Positions 39,030 to 52,821 are shown, numbered from the stretch's first letter. The stretch is 64,000 nt of DNA from Mobula hypostoma (GCF_963921235.1 NC_086097.1:22446001-22510000); one strand, 5' to 3'. Translations and numbers: made by a program. Notes: generated by a model not told the origin, from the letters alone.

Positions 39030-40260
39030 AAGGATCAACTTCATTTGCCATATATAGCGGTTTAAGTATGGATACAGAATAAAATGTGGATAAATATGTA
39101 AATACCAGCATGTGTTTACAATGTAAATAACATTATAAAAAGTGGTTTAGAGTGTTTATGGTGCAGTGCAGTGACTGAGATAACAGGGGGAGGGGGCAGA
39201 GCAACGAGAATGGTTGATCAGATTAACTTCCTGAAGGAAGAAACTTTTAAGATGGTGTGAAGTTTTTGTTTTACTAGCCCAGAAGCAGAAGGGAGCTTTT
39301 GAAAAAGGCAGTTTGCAGGGTGGGTGGTGTCCACAATGATATTTTTCCTGCTCGCTTCTTTATCCTGGGCACACACACAAGTCCTGCAGTCATGGTAGAC
39401 TGCAACCAATGACATTTCCCGCTGCCCTGACAGTACCCTGTATTTTTCATGTATTGTGAGTGGATCCTGCATCAAACGAGACAGAAGTGGCTGAAATGAG
39501 GCTTCTCTCTATGATGGCAGTGTAGAATTGCACTGGTATTTTCTGGTGAAGATGGAATTTTACCAATTGCCGCAAAAAAGAACATCCTCTGCCAAGCCTT
39601 TTTGTTCATGAAAAAGATACGGTTCTCACATGAGGTCCTGTGCAATGTTCCCTCTAATTTGTAATGACCAGTGTGCACAAAAATCTTGTGCTGTGTAATT
39701 TTTTTGCCCAGTAACAACAACGTGTGCGCTGAATAATTTCTTCAGTAAAAACAGTACAAATAAGCCAGTTCTAAAATCTGCAGACAAATTATCACAAACT
39801 CCACGTTGTCAACACCATCCACATCAGAAACGGAAGGAAATGTGATTGTATACAATCATGAAATATACTTAACAGGGTAGAGGGTGACAACCTTTTGTGC
39901 ACAGTTTAAATTCCTTTGTGCACTAATAGCAAAAGACGTGTGCACGTGCACACCTTAGAGGGAACGTTGGTCCTGTGATGCCCAAGAACCTGAATGCTGA
40001 AATTGTGCAGACTGTAGAGTTGTTGATGATGAGTGTGTGGCAAGGAGACACACTTCTCCTAAAGTCACTATGCGTCTCCATTGTTTCGAGGGCATTCAGT
40101 TCCAAGTTGCTGCAACTGCACCAGGACAGTAGCTTGCCTGCTTCTCGGTGGTACTTGAATTTGTCGCCTCTGGTAATGAGTCCAATAACAGTGGCATTGT
40201 CCACAAACTTTATCAGCTTAACTGATGGATCACTGGAGATGGAGAGTCACTGGTGTGGAG
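39030..40260 (-). mobile_element. Degenerate Rex1/Babar LINE fragments
   Basis: TVIGLITRGDKFKYHRE...WCSCSNLELNALETME...FRFLG; THPANCLFQKLPS. Confidence 0.75.
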
Positions 40261-42749
40261 AGAAAACAGGAGGGGATATGTTCAGGACTGGGGAGATATG
40301 TTCAAGGTGAACACTACCGATTTGTGCTGAGGAGCTTTTGCATTAACGGAAGTGGCATTCTTCAGCTGAGCTATTATACGTGTTCTTATGTCTCAGAAAA
40401 TCCCCATGGTGTTATTTAAAGGAAAGATGGAAAATTCTTCCTGTCATTCTGATTTAGCTCTGAGATCTAACCATAGCTAAACCATTTATCCATGCAGTTT
40501 GTGGGATGTTGTTCTAATTGTTTGTTTGTAATACCAACAACATTCCTTCTCCAAGTAATTGATTGCGAAGCTTTTTTGCTAAGTGCCTCTTCCTGCCAGG
40601 AATTTGTTTGCAAAACTAATCTGTCATCAGAGATTTGTGCTTTCTAAAATTATATGCCTTGGCATTCTATACACTTGCTTAGTTGGGTGTAAAGACTTGG
40701 GAAAGGAGAAATTGCAGTTCATGTTCCAGTCTTTGATTATATTGAATCTATTTCCATTGATGTGACTGTAATGTATGCATACACATTTGCCATTTTGCAG
40801 TCAGCAAGGGCAATGAGAAATTGATCTACTTATGATGACATTAGAGGAGTGTTGCACTCTGTAAGCGGAATATTTCAGTTGGACTCACCAACATAAAAAT
40901 TGATAAGATCTGGGAAAATGTGGCTATAATCCTTTTATAATAGTTCAAAGAGGCTACTTGATGGATTATGCTCCATTCCACGCATTTCCCTTCTGGCAGT
41001 TGAGAAAAAAATTTATTGTTTAATTTATTTAGAGATACAGCATAATAACAGACCCTTCCGGTTCAATAAGCTCACGCCATTAAATTATTACACTTCAACC
41101 ACCAGATATCTGAATCAGTGTGGAGAACTTCACTCACCTCAACTCTGAACTGATTCCATAACCTGTGAACTCATTTTCAACTCATGTTCTCAGTACTTAC
41201 TTGATTATTTATTATTCCTTGAATTCTTTTGCAAGTCTGTCTTTTGCTCATTGGCTGTTTGTCAGTCTTTGTGCGCTGTTTTTCATTGATTCACTTGTAT
41301 TTGTCTTTTGTACTGAGAATGCCTGCAGGAAAAGAAGGCAGTGGAGGTCAATTCTCTGGATTCTTTCAAAAAAGAGTTAGATAGAGCTCTTAAAGATAGT
41401 GGAGTGAAGGGATATGGGGAGAAGGCAGGAAAAGGGTACTGATTGTGGATGATCAGCCATGATCACAGTGAATGGTGGTGCTGGCTCGAAGGGCTGAATG
41501 GCCTACTCCTGCACCTATTGTCTATTGTCTACTGAAAAAGAATCTGAAGGTAGTATATGGTCACAGTGTGTACTTTGATAATAAATTTACTTTGTACTTT
41601 AAATTACACCCATGTGAAAAATTATCTTACTAACCCATACATCTTTGGAATTTGGGAGGAAACCGGAGCACCCAGAGGAAACCCACAGGGAGAATGTACA
41701 GACTCCTACTGACAGAGGCAGATTTGAACCCAGTTCATTGGTGCTGTAGTAGTGTTACCCAACTGCTATGCTACTATACTGGCTGCATTATTGTTAATAT
41801 CTTAACCAGGTTGTGCGAGTTTCTTCTTGCTCACTTACCTAAGGATAAAGATCGGCTTTATTTGTCACATGTACATTGAAACGTTCGGTGAAATGCGTCG
41901 CTTACATCAAATCAAATCAAACCAAATCAGCGAGGATTGTTCTGAGTACCCTGTACGTGTTGTCATGCTTCTGGCCCCAACATAGCATGCCCACGTCTCA
42001 CTAATCCTCCCAACTGTACCTCTTTGGAATGTGGGAGAAAGCCAGCATACCCGGAGGATTATATGTGCTGTACGTGGCTGTTGCTAATGTGTTTTGCATC
42101 TTGTCCCTGGAGGAATCTGTCTCACTTGGCTGTATCCATGTGCATGGTTGAATGCCAACTAAACTTGAACTTGAAACCCACCTGGTCACAGGGAGAACGG
42201 ACAACCTCCTTACGGATCTTACTGCTGGCGTGGTATAGCCTTACGCTAACCGCTGCACTTCAGTGCCACCCATATCTCTCTGTGATTCTCTTTTATGCTG
42301 CCATCCGTCAACCGTTCCTGAGCAGTTAATGTTACCTTCCAAATTATTTGCCCTCTGAAAGTCATTATTTTCCATTTTAATTGCTTTTTTTTGTGGACCT
42401 GAAGTCACATTTAACGACATCTAATTTTCTTCTCCAAAGGACAGAATCAAGTATTTTTAATACTGGTGAACTTTATGGTGCCATCAGTAATTGTGGCTTC
42501 TTCTACTCCAATTGAATTTAAATCCTCCAGCTGCTATCTGAGGGTTAAACATGAATGTTATGGACATTCTCTGGATTATTGGTTCAGCAATGTAGCAATT
42601 GTGCTATGAGTCCTGATGAAGGATCTTAGAAACGTCAACTGTTTATTCCTCTACATAGATGCTACCTGACCCGCTAAGTTCCTCCAGTATTTTCTGCGTG
42701 TTGCATCTGCAGAATCTCTTGATTATATTATGCTGCCATAATTTTTCTA

Positions 42750-43058
42750 GTGGGCACGTGGTCAAGTGGTTAAGGCATTGGACTAGCGACCTGAAGGTCG
42801 TGAGTTCGAACCCCAGCCGAGGCAACGTGTTGTGTCCTTGAGCAAGGCACTTAATCACACATTGCTCTGAGATGACACTGGTGCCAAGCTGTATGGGTCC
42901 TAATGCCCTTCCCTTGGACAACATTGGTGTCGTGGAGAGGGGAGACTTGCAGCATGGGCAACTGCTGGTCTTCCATACAACCTTGCCCAGGCCTGTGCCC
43001 TGGAGAGTGAAGACTTTCCAGGCGCAGATCCATGGTCTCGCAAGACTAACGGATGCCT
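42750..43058 (+). mobile_element. tRNA-headed CORE-like SINE with RTE-like body and tail
   Basis: TSD TAATTTTTCTA at 42739-42749 and 43059-43069; near-identical to 37477-37788. Confidence 0.9.
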
Positions 43059-44284
43059 TAATTTTTCTAATCCTTCTGTCTTTTCATTCCTCATTCTGGT
43101 TCCTCGCTTAGCCCTCTCTTCTCCTCACTGACCCATCACCTGCCCCTGGTGTCCCTTTTTCCCTTTCTCCCATATTCCATTCTCCTCTCTCCTCTCAGAT
43201 TCTTTCTTCTTCAGCCCGTTAGCATTTCCACCTATCACCTCCCACCTATCCATCTTCCCAATCACCTGCCAGCTCGTACTCCTTCGCCACCCCCCTCCTA
43301 CATGTTCTGGCATTCTGCCTCCTTCCTTTCCAGTCCTGATGAAGCAACATTACTATTATGCTAAGAGCCCTGATGAAGGGTTTAGGAGACGTTCACTGGC
43401 TGAGTTCCTCTAGCATTTTGTGTAAGTTGCTCTGGATTTCCAGCATCTGCAGAATCTCTTGTCTTTTTATTATGATACCATATTCACTGTGTTGCTTTGT
43501 CTATGCAATTCAATGTAAATTCTTTTTGTTACTGGCTGTGTCAAGCTTGAAATAGAGCACATAACCCTTGGTTGACTTGAGATAAATGGATGGCTTTAAT
43601 AATTAATAATGATTGTCTTTCCTTTAAAATAAATGAAAGCAATTCTTAAAGCAGATGGTCAATGATCTGGGAAACCTAGAACATGCAGTATAGCCATTGT
43701 TAAGTTTCAATTAGATTTTAGCATTAAATTTCTTTTAAAAATAAGTTAAAAGAATACCTCAGCTGCATTTTGTGCTTTGCAAAATTAACTTTTTTAGAAG
43801 ACAGTGATGATGTAGTTGGTCTCATTCTCACGAGGGACCTGATTATGTACTTAATATTCTCGAGAGTGGTGTGGGTGTGATTATCATGTACAGTCCTTAA
43901 TTATGTCCGTTAGTTCCTTGGTTATTCCTCTTTGAAATGCAAAGGATATTTTAATATAAATTTTAATGTAAAATGAGGCAAAGAGGATAGATGCTAAATT
44001 AATGAACAGACAAAATAACTGCAACTGCTGAGCATTTGTAATAAATGCAGATTATATTGTAACTGCACAGTTAATCAAATTTATTAATGACATGATATGC
44101 CTTATAGGGATTTTATCATCTCTGCTATGCCTCTTTTGAAGATCTAAGTAGCACAAGGCTCCTACTTTTTCCTCATAACTTTGTACATTTTCTCCTCTAG
44201 GATATTTCTAATTCTTTCTCCCATTACCTTTCATACAATGCATTCGAACCTCAACAACATGCTGTGTAAATGTCCTTCCTTAAG

Positions 44285-44505
44285 TTGCCGAGCACCTTCG
44301 CTCTGACTGCAACAGGCAGGATTTCCTGGTGGCCACCCATTTCAATTCTACTTCTCTTAAAATTCCAACATTTTGGTCTGTGGCCTCCTCTACTGCCACA
44401 ACGAATACACTCTTAGGTTGGAGGAGCAACGCCTCATATTCTGTCCTGAGGAAGGGTCTTGGCCCGAAACGTCGACTGTTTATTCACCTCCATAGAAGCC
44501 TGACT
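44285..44505 (+). mobile_element. Penelope-like fragment (GIY-YIG C-terminus joined to a hammerhead); host PLE resumes at ~46552-46989
   Basis: VATHFNSTS, then LRLEEQRLIFC in a shifted frame; hammerhead CTGAGGA...GAAACGTC at 44446-44473. After the CR1, tgggtagcctccagcatgacaacatgaacattgatttc continues the PLE. Confidence 0.8.
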
Positions 44506-44511
44506 TTATAC

Positions 44512-46545
44512 CCGTGGCTGACAAGAGAAATTAGGGATAGTATCAATTCCAAAGAAGTAGCATACAAATTAGCCAGAGAAAGTGGCTCACCTGAGGACTG
44601 GGAGAAATTCAGAGTTCAGCAGAGGAGGACAAAGGGCTTAATTAGGAAGGGGAAAAAAGATTATGAGAGAAAACTGGCAGAGAACATAAAAACGGACTGT
44701 AAAAGCTTTTATAGATATGTAAAAAGGAAAAGACTGATAAAGACAAATGTAGGTCCCCTGCAAACAGAAACAGGTGAATTGATTATGGGGAGCAAGGACA
44801 TGGCAGACCAATTGAATAATTACTTTGGTTCTGTCTTCACTAAGGAGGACATAAATAATCTTCCAGAAATAGTAAGGGACAGAGGGTCCAGTGAGATGGA
44901 GGAACTGAGCGAAATACATGTTAGTAGGGAAGTGGTGTTAGGTAAATTGAAGGGATTGAAGGCAGATAAATCCCCAGGGCCAGATGGTCTGCATCCCAGA
45001 GTGCTTAAGGAAGTGGCCCAAGAAATAGTGGATGCATTAGTGATAATTTTTCAAAACTCGTTAGATTCTGGACTAGTTCCTGAGGATTGGAGGGTGGCTA
45101 ATGTAACCCCACTTTTTAAAAAAGGAGGGAGAGAGAAACCGGGGAATTATAGGCCGGTTAGCCTAACGTCGGTGGTGGGGAAACTGCTGGAGTCAGTTAT
45201 CAAGGATGTGATAACAGCACATTTGGAAAGCGGTGAAATGATCAGACAAAGTCAGCATGGATTTGTGAAAGGAAAATCATGTCTGACGAATCTCATAGAA
45301 TTTTTTGAGGATGTAACTAGTAGAGTGGATAGGGGAGAACCAGTGGATGTGGTATATTTGGATTTTCAAAAGGCTTTTGACAAGGTCCCACATAGGAGAT
45401 TAGTGTGCAAACTTAAAGCACACGGTATTGGGGGTAAGGTATTGGTGTGGGTGGAGAATTGGTTAGCAGACAGGAAGCAAAGAGTGGGAATAAACGGGAC
45501 CTTTTCAGAATGGCAGGCGGTGACTAGTGGGGTACCGCAAGGCTCAGTGCTGGGACCCCAGTTGTTTACAATATATATTAATGACTTGGATGAGGGAATT
45601 AAATGCAGCATCTCCAAGTTTGCGGATGACACGAAGCTGGGTGGCAGTGTTAGCAGTGAGGAGGATGCTAAGAGGATGCAGGGTGACTTGGATAGGTTGG
45701 GTGAGTGGGCAAACTCATGGCAGATGCAATTTAATGTGGATAAATGTGAAGTTATCCACTTTGGTGGCAAAAATAGGAAAACAGATTATTATCTGAATGG
45801 TGGCCGATTAGGAAAAGGGGAGGTGCAACGAGACCTGGGTGTCATTATACACCAGTCATTGAAAGTGGGCATGCAGGTACAGCAGGCGGTGAAAAAGGCG
45901 AACGGTATGCTGGCATTTATAGCGAGAGGATTCGAGTACAGGAGCAGGGAGGTACTACTGCAGTTGTACAAGGCCTTGGTGAGACCACACCTGGAGTATT
46001 GTGTGCAGTTTTGGTCCCCTAATCTGAGGAAAGACATCTTTGCCATAGAGGGAGTACAAAGAAGGTTCACCAGATTGATTCCTGGGATGGCAGGTCTTTC
46101 ATATGAAGAAAGACTGGATGAACTGGGCTTGTACTCGTTGGAATTTAGAAGATTGAGGGGGGATCTGATTGAAACGTATAAGATCCTAAAGGGATTGGAC
46201 AGGCTAGATGCAGGAAGATTGTTCCCGATGTTGGGGAGGTCTAGAACGAGGGGTCACAGTTTGAGGATAGAGGGGAAGCCTTTTAGGACCGAGGTTAGGA
46301 AAAACTTCTTCACACAGAGAGTGGTGAATCTGTGGAATTCTCTGCCACAGCAAACTGTTGAGGCCAGTTCATTAGCTATGTTTAAAAGGAAGTTAGATAT
46401 GGCCCTTGTGGCTACAGGGGTCAGGGGGTATGGAGGGAAGGCTGGGTTCTGAGTTGGATGATCAGCCATGATCATAATAAATGGCGGTGCAGGCTCGAAG
46501 GGCCGAATGGCCTACTCCTGCACCTATTTTCTATGTTTCTATGTT
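44512..46545 (+). mobile_element. Young 5'-truncated CR1-clade LINE: 646 uninterrupted ORF2 codons (RT; endonuclease missing) plus 3' UTR
   Basis: [62 protein letters not shown]; stop ends at 46452. 3' UTR hairpin GGTGCAGG...CCTGCACC and tail TTCTATGTTTCTATGTT. Confidence 0.95.
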
Positions 46546-46989
46546 ATCTTTTACTCTGTCTGGGTAGCCTCCAGCATGACAACATGAACATTGATTTCTC
46601 CTAATTCCAGTGATTTCTCCCTCTCCCCTTCCCTCTTTTTCCATTTCCCATTCTGGCTCCCCCTCTTACACCTTCTCCTCTTTCTAGAAACCTCCCCTAC
46701 TGCTTCTGTTTCTTCCATGCTCCACTCTTCCATCAGATTCCTCTTTCAGCCCTTTACATCTTCCACCTGTCACCTACCGTTTCTTACTTCATCCCTCCTC
46801 CCCCACCCACCTACTTTCCCTATTACCTGCCAGCTTCTACTCCTTCCCCTCCCACAATTTCTTATTCCAGCTTCAGCCCACTCCCTTTCCAGTTCTGGTG
46901 GAGGGTCTCGGCACAAAACTTCAACTGTTTATTCCCGCCCATAGTTAAGTCCTGAGCTGTGAGTTTCTCCAGCATTTTGTGTGTTACTT

Positions 46990-48004
46990 AGAACTATAGA
47001 ACACTACAGCACAGAAAACAGGCTATTTGGCCCTTCTAGTCTGTGCCGAAACTTTATTCTGCTAGTCCCATTGACCCTCCAGACCCAGTCCATAACCCTC
47101 CAGACCTCTCCCATCCATGTACCTATCCAATTTATTCTTAAAACTTAAGAGTGAGCCCGCATTTACCACATCAGATGGCAGCTCATTCCACACCCCCACC
47201 ACTCTCTGAGTGAAGGGGTTCCCCCTAATGTTCCCCCTAAACTTTTCCCCTTTCATGACCCTCTCATATTTATCTCTCCTATTCTAAGTGGAAAGAGCCT
47301 ACTCGCATTTACTCTGTCTATACCCCTCATAGCTTTGTAAACCTCTATCAAATCTCCCCTCATTCTTCTACGCTCCAAGGAATAAAGTCCCAACCTGTTC
47401 AATCTTACCCTGTAATTCAACTCCTGAAGACTCGGCAACATCCCAGTAAATCTTCTCTGCGTTCTTTCAATCTTACTGATATCCTTCCTATAGTTAGGTG
47501 ACCAGAACTGCACACGATACTCTAAATTTGGCCTCACCAATGTCTTATACATCCTCACCATAACATCCCAACTCCTATACTCAGTACTTTGATTTATGAA
47601 TGTCAGGATGCCAAAAGCCTTCTTTTAAAGCCCTGTCTACCTGTGATGCCACTTCCAGGGAATTATGTATCTGAACTCCCAGATCCCTTTGTTCCTCCGC
47701 ACCCCTCAGTGCCCTACCATTTACTGTGAATGTCCTACCATGATTTGTCCTTCCAAAATGCAACACCTCACACTAGTCTGCATTAAATTCCATCTGCCAT
47801 TTTCTGGCCCACTTTTCCAGTTGGTCCAGATCCCTCTGCAAGCTTTGAAAGCCTTCCTCGCTGCCCACAATGCCTCCAGTCTTCATGTCGTCAGCAAACT
47901 TGCTGATCCAATTTACCACGTTATCATCTAGATCATTGGTATAGACAACAAACAACAATGGTCCCAGCACAGATCCCTGAGGTACACCACTAGTCACGGG
48001 TCTA
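46990..48004 (-). mobile_element. 5'-truncated CR1
   Basis: VTSGVPQGSVLGPLLF...ISKFADDMK; VRPNLEYRVQFWSP; possible TSD GTTACTT at 46983-46989 and 48005-48011. Confidence 0.9.
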
Positions 48005-48635
48005 GTTACTTCCATATGCTACTGCTGTTTTTTTTCTAAAAAAACCTAAAACTTATTCTGCTGATTACCGACCATTCTGTCAGTACTCTATGAAAACCTT
48101 TTATCACATTAACCTTCATACAATTCCCCTTAAACCTTTACTGCTGTTATAAGAACAGTGACTACTGAACACACCTCTAGTCCTGTTCTAGTAAATCTCA
48201 GGATCTTAACATCCTTTTTAAAGTTGAAGTACGAATCTCCATCTGGGCTCTTCTCATATTTCAAGAAAGGTTTGTGAGTAATTTTGATACTTTTGTTCTC
48301 AAGCCTGTATTTATAAAGTCAAGGATCCAATACATCACCTACAGACACCTCACGCACCTTTCTTTTCCTCGGTGTTATAATAATTGGGTTGTAATGCTTC
48401 TCGTCATTTCCCCAGCAACATGAAACAGTTCTCTGCATGAACTTTCATCTGGCATGTTGCCTGCTTATTTCATCAGATTCTTCGCCCTTTGAAAGTCAAT
48501 ATCATACTTTCTTCTATTCCTGACTTTACAGAGTTTAAAACCATCCCATTTGCACACAGATCTTGTACTCAAGTCCTTTGAGAATGCCCTTTAAATTCAG
48601 CTTTTGTGCAAGATTCAATGATTCTGTAACAAGGT

Positions 48636-49209
48636 CAGTGACCACTTTATAAGGTACCTCCAAGACCTAATAGAATGACTTCTGAGTGTATGTTCATGGT
48701 CTTTTGCTGCTGTTGCCCTTCTACTTCAAGGTTCCATGTGTTGTGTGTACAGAGATGCTCTTCTGCACTCTGCTGTTGTGACAAGTGGTTATTTGAATCA
48801 ATATTGCCTTCCTGTAGTTCTTGAACCAGTCTGGTCATTCTCCTCTGACCTCTCTCATTAACAAAGCATTTTCAATCGTGGAACTGCTGCTCCTTGGATG
48901 TTTCTTGTTTTTCGCACCATTCTCTGTGAAATCTTGAGACTGTTGTGCGTGAAAATCCCAGAAGGTAAGCACTTCCTGAGATAAACCACCACACCACATC
49001 TGACACCAACAATCAGTCCATGGTCAAAGTCAGTTAGATCACATTTCTTCCGCATTCTGATGTTTGGTCCCAACAACATCTGAACCTCTTCACCGTGCCT
49101 GTATGCTTTTATGCACTGAGTTGCTGCCTGATGATTAGCTGATTAGATATTTGCATTAATGAGTAGTACTGTATACAGGTGTACCTAATAAAATGGCCAC
49201 TGAGAGTAA
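48636..49209 (-). mobile_element. Internally deleted Tc1 element (fragment of the same family at ~37295-37422)
   Basis: Inverted ends cagtgaccactttataaggtac / gtacctaataaaatggccactg; minus ORF MRKKCDLTDFDHGLIVGVR (Tc1 N-terminal HTH start). Confidence 0.85.
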
Positions 49210-49277
49210 TTAGACAGTGGACAACCACAGACTTTTTCCCAGGGCAAAAATGACTAATGCAAGTGGGTCTCATTTTA

Positions 49278-49490
49278 AAGCAACACACTTAAAATGCTGG
49301 AGAAACTCAGCAGGTTAAGCAGCATCTATAGAAAGAAATAAAGTATCGACGTTTCAGGCTGAATGAATGGTCTTGAACCGGAAACATCGACTCTTTATTC
49401 CTCTCCTTAAATGCTGCATTAACCTGCTGAGTTTCTCCAGCATCTTCTGTGTGTTACTCTGGATCTTCAGCATCTGTAGAATCTCTTGTG
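49278..49490. mobile_element. Older fold-back Penelope-like insertion inside a CR1 3' fragment
   Basis: aaaatgctggagaaactcagcaggttaa is inverted relative to ttaacctgctgagtttctccagcatctt. Confidence 0.75.
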
Positions 49491-51499
49491 TATATAACTG
49501 TAAGGAGTTGGGAGGCAAGTATGGAGGGATGTCAGAGGCAAGTTTTTAAACACGGAATGGTAGGTGCATGGAATGTGCTGCTGGGGTAGCGGTAGAGGTA
49601 GATACATTAGGGACATTGAAGCGTCCTTTAGAGCGGTACGTGGATGATAGAACACTGGAGGGCTATTTAGGAGGGAAGGGTTGGATTGATCTTGCAGTAG
49701 GTTAATGGGCCGTCATAACTTTATGGGCTGAATGGCCTGTACTGTTCTATATTCTAATTCTATAGACATATATTTGACTATGTCTAGAATATAGTTCTGT
49801 GAGGGTTCTTGGGGAAGTTCCACTACTCTTGGGTATAGCAAACAGTATAATTTCTTCCTTTTCTCCTCTACATCTGTTTTATAAGGAGAGATTGGAGAGG
49901 TTGGGAACATTAGAGGCTGAGAGGTGAGCTCATAGAGGTTTATAAGGTAATGAGGGATGTAGATAGAATCCTCTTCCAATGCCAGGGGTGTCTAGGACTA
50001 CAGGACACTGGTTTAAAGTGAGAGGGAAGAAAAATCTGAGGGGTAGGGTTGACTGCATAGAGGGTAGGGATTATTTGGAATAAGCTTCAAGAGAAGATGA
50101 CACATATACAATTACATTCCAAAAGCATTTGGATATGTACTTGGATAGGAAGAACAAAGAGGAATACTGGCAGCCAAATGGGATTAGTACAGTCAGCACG
50201 AGGATGTGTTTGAGCTAAATAATTCTGTCTTCCCCTTCCTCTTTTAAGATGGCCCTAAAAACTTACCTCTTTCATTACACTTCTGTCCTAAAGTTTCCTT
50301 ATTTAGCTCAGCATCCATTTGTTTAACTGATAGTGTCTGATGATAACAGGAAACCTGTGTGGGGGAGTTTTTAAAGTGCAAGAGCCATTGAACTGGGTCA
50401 GTTCCACTTTCTTGACCTCAGAAGTTTGGGTCCACTGATACAAACAAGTGTCACAAATTGGGGTCTTCCTTGGGTGCAGCAGATGACCAAGACATCTTCC
50501 GTGCCTCATCATGCCTGCCGCTCTCCACGGAGCGTCGCAGAACCGCCTTCCTGGATGTTGAATCTCACTGTAGATCTCAGCCACCCAGTTCACCAGAGCT
50601 GATATCGCATGCTAGGATAGACGTGTCCCTATCTCATCGGGGTACGAGGCCACTGGTACCCTCACCTGGTTTAGCCCACCTGTCGACTCGGTGTACCAGA
50701 GTGTGGCCACTGACGCATGCAAACAGCTTGTTGGAGCCAGAGGTGAGAGCTGAGTGTCTGGTGGGGACCAAGGTTGAATGTGCTGCCTCGGAACGGACAT
50801 GACAAGCCCCTTTACTAGAGGTGCTCCCTTCCTGTTCACCCAAACATCCGATCTGTTTAATGACACTCCTAAGAAATGCCTTCAGATGGGTTATCTCTGT
50901 GCAAAAGGCCATAGAGGCATCTTATGAGGCTCTACGTACATATTGCTGCAGTAGCAATGAGAACGCTCAGCGAGGTGGAGAGACTTTGGAAGTCATCAAA
51001 TTTTACTTTGGACCAACAAGGGTCAGGGAACGTTTAAAATAGGTGCTGAAAACTGTTGGGGAAGGTCTTGATGGACATGGTTTATCACTGGAGTTCACAC
51101 CCATAGACCCTACGTGCCTGTACTCACTTGGGCGAGATGGAAAGGTGGTTCAAGTTGGTGGGGGGGGGGCGCAAAGATTCTGAGATAAATGGGTTATTTT
51201 TTTTTAAATTACAGATACAGCTTAGTAACGGGCCCTTCCAGCCCAACGAGCCCACACTGCCCCATCACACTCACGTGACCAATTAATTTACTAACCCCTA
51301 TGACTTTGAAATGTTGGAAGAAATTGGAGCATCCCGAGGAAACCCACGTTGTCTGTAGAAACTCCTTACAGAGAATGGTACAATTAAACCCCAATCATAC
51401 AGCTGGCACTGTATGTTACACTAACTGCTACACTACCGTGCTGCCCTGATTTCTGATAGCATTACCCACATGGCCCACAAGTAAATACTTAAAAAAAAT

Positions 51500-51945
51500 A
51501 AGATATAGGAGAAGATTTGGCCCCTTGGCCCATCAAGTCTGCTCTGTTATTTCATCCTTGCTGATCCATTCCCCTCTCAGCCCCAATCTCCTGCCTTCTC
51601 CCCATTTCCTTTCATGCCCTGACTAATCAAGAATCTATCAACCTTTGCCTTAAATCTGCCCGATGACTCCACAGCCACCCGTGGCAATGAATTCCACAGA
51701 TTCACCACTCTCTGGTGAAAGAAATACCTCCTCATCTCCGTTCTAAAAGGATGCCTCTTTTTTCTGAGGCTGTGTCCTCTGGTCTTAGTCTCCCCCACCC
51801 TCGGAAACATCCACTCTATCAAGGCCTTTCAACATTCAATAGGTTCCAATTAGGTCACCCCTCGTTCTTCTGAATTCTATTGAGTACAGGCCCAGAGCAT
51901 CAAATTTTCCTCATATGACAAGCCTTTCAGTTCTGAAATCATTTT
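51500..51945 (-). mobile_element. CR1 3' fragment
   Basis: GETKTRGHSLRKKRHPFRTEMRRYFFHQRVVNLWNSLP. Confidence 0.85.
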
Positions 51946-52508
51946 CAGGATTGAATGTCAAAATAAAGATTAAATAATGTTAATTAAAAATACAGAATTA
52001 CCTGTATGAAAATATAAACATTGATGTAAAATAATTACTATATAAACTATTTCTCCATTGCCTTCTATTCCTCAGGTGTGAAATCCCCTTTGAAATCTCA
52101 AGAGTTAAAATCCCAAGTCATGTTTCACCTGGCATAGAATCCGAGTGGCATTATCCTCGATAAAGCTGCCACATTCCAGCAAGACTGGGCTGCACATGGA
52201 TTCCAGCAATGGAATGTGTTGACAAATGCTGCACCATCTGTCACACAGTAAGCCTTGGACTTGTGCATTGGACTGGAGAGTGACAGCAGTTACAGTTGTA
52301 ATTTTCAAATGGGAATTAAATGTATGTATTAAAACATGGATTTTGTAGGTCTGTGAGGAAAGAATGGCAGAATTGGTAGCAGTGGTAAGCTCAAGTTCAA
52401 TTATCATTCAACTATATTCATGAAAGCAGTCAAAGAAAACAGTGTTGTTCTGGGGCCAAGGTGCAAAACACAGTACCAACAGTCACACACAGCACAAGGC
52501 ACATCTAA

Positions 52509-52821
52509 AGGCATCCATTAGTCTTGCGAGACCATGGATCTACGCCTGGCGAGTCTTCACTCTCCAGGGCGCAGGCCTGGGCAAGGTTGTATGGAAGACC
52601 AGCAGTTGTCCATGCTGCAAGTCTCCCCTCTCCATGACACCAATGTTGTCCAAGGGAAGGGCATTAGGACCCATACAGCTTGGCACCAGTGTCGTCACAG
52701 AGCAATGTGTGATGAAGTGCCTTGCTCAAGGACACAACACGTTCCCTCGGCTGGGGCTTGAACTCACGACCTTCAGGTAGCTAGTCCAATGCCTTAACCA
52801 CTTGGCCACGTGCTCATATAC
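52509..52821 (-). mobile_element. tRNA-headed CORE-like SINE with RTE-like body and tail
   Basis: Reverse complement of 42750-43058; possible TSD CACATCTAA/CACATTTAA. Confidence 0.88.

Noticed and set aside
44329..46452. 707-aa ORF as a host gene or autonomous LINE
   Set aside because: GTG start in PLE debris; the CR1 part is 5'-truncated with no ORF1 or endonuclease.
50300..51170. Probable interspersed repeat(s) with several short ORFs
   Set aside because: Looks repeat-derived but I cannot classify it or find TSDs, so it is not listed as a feature.
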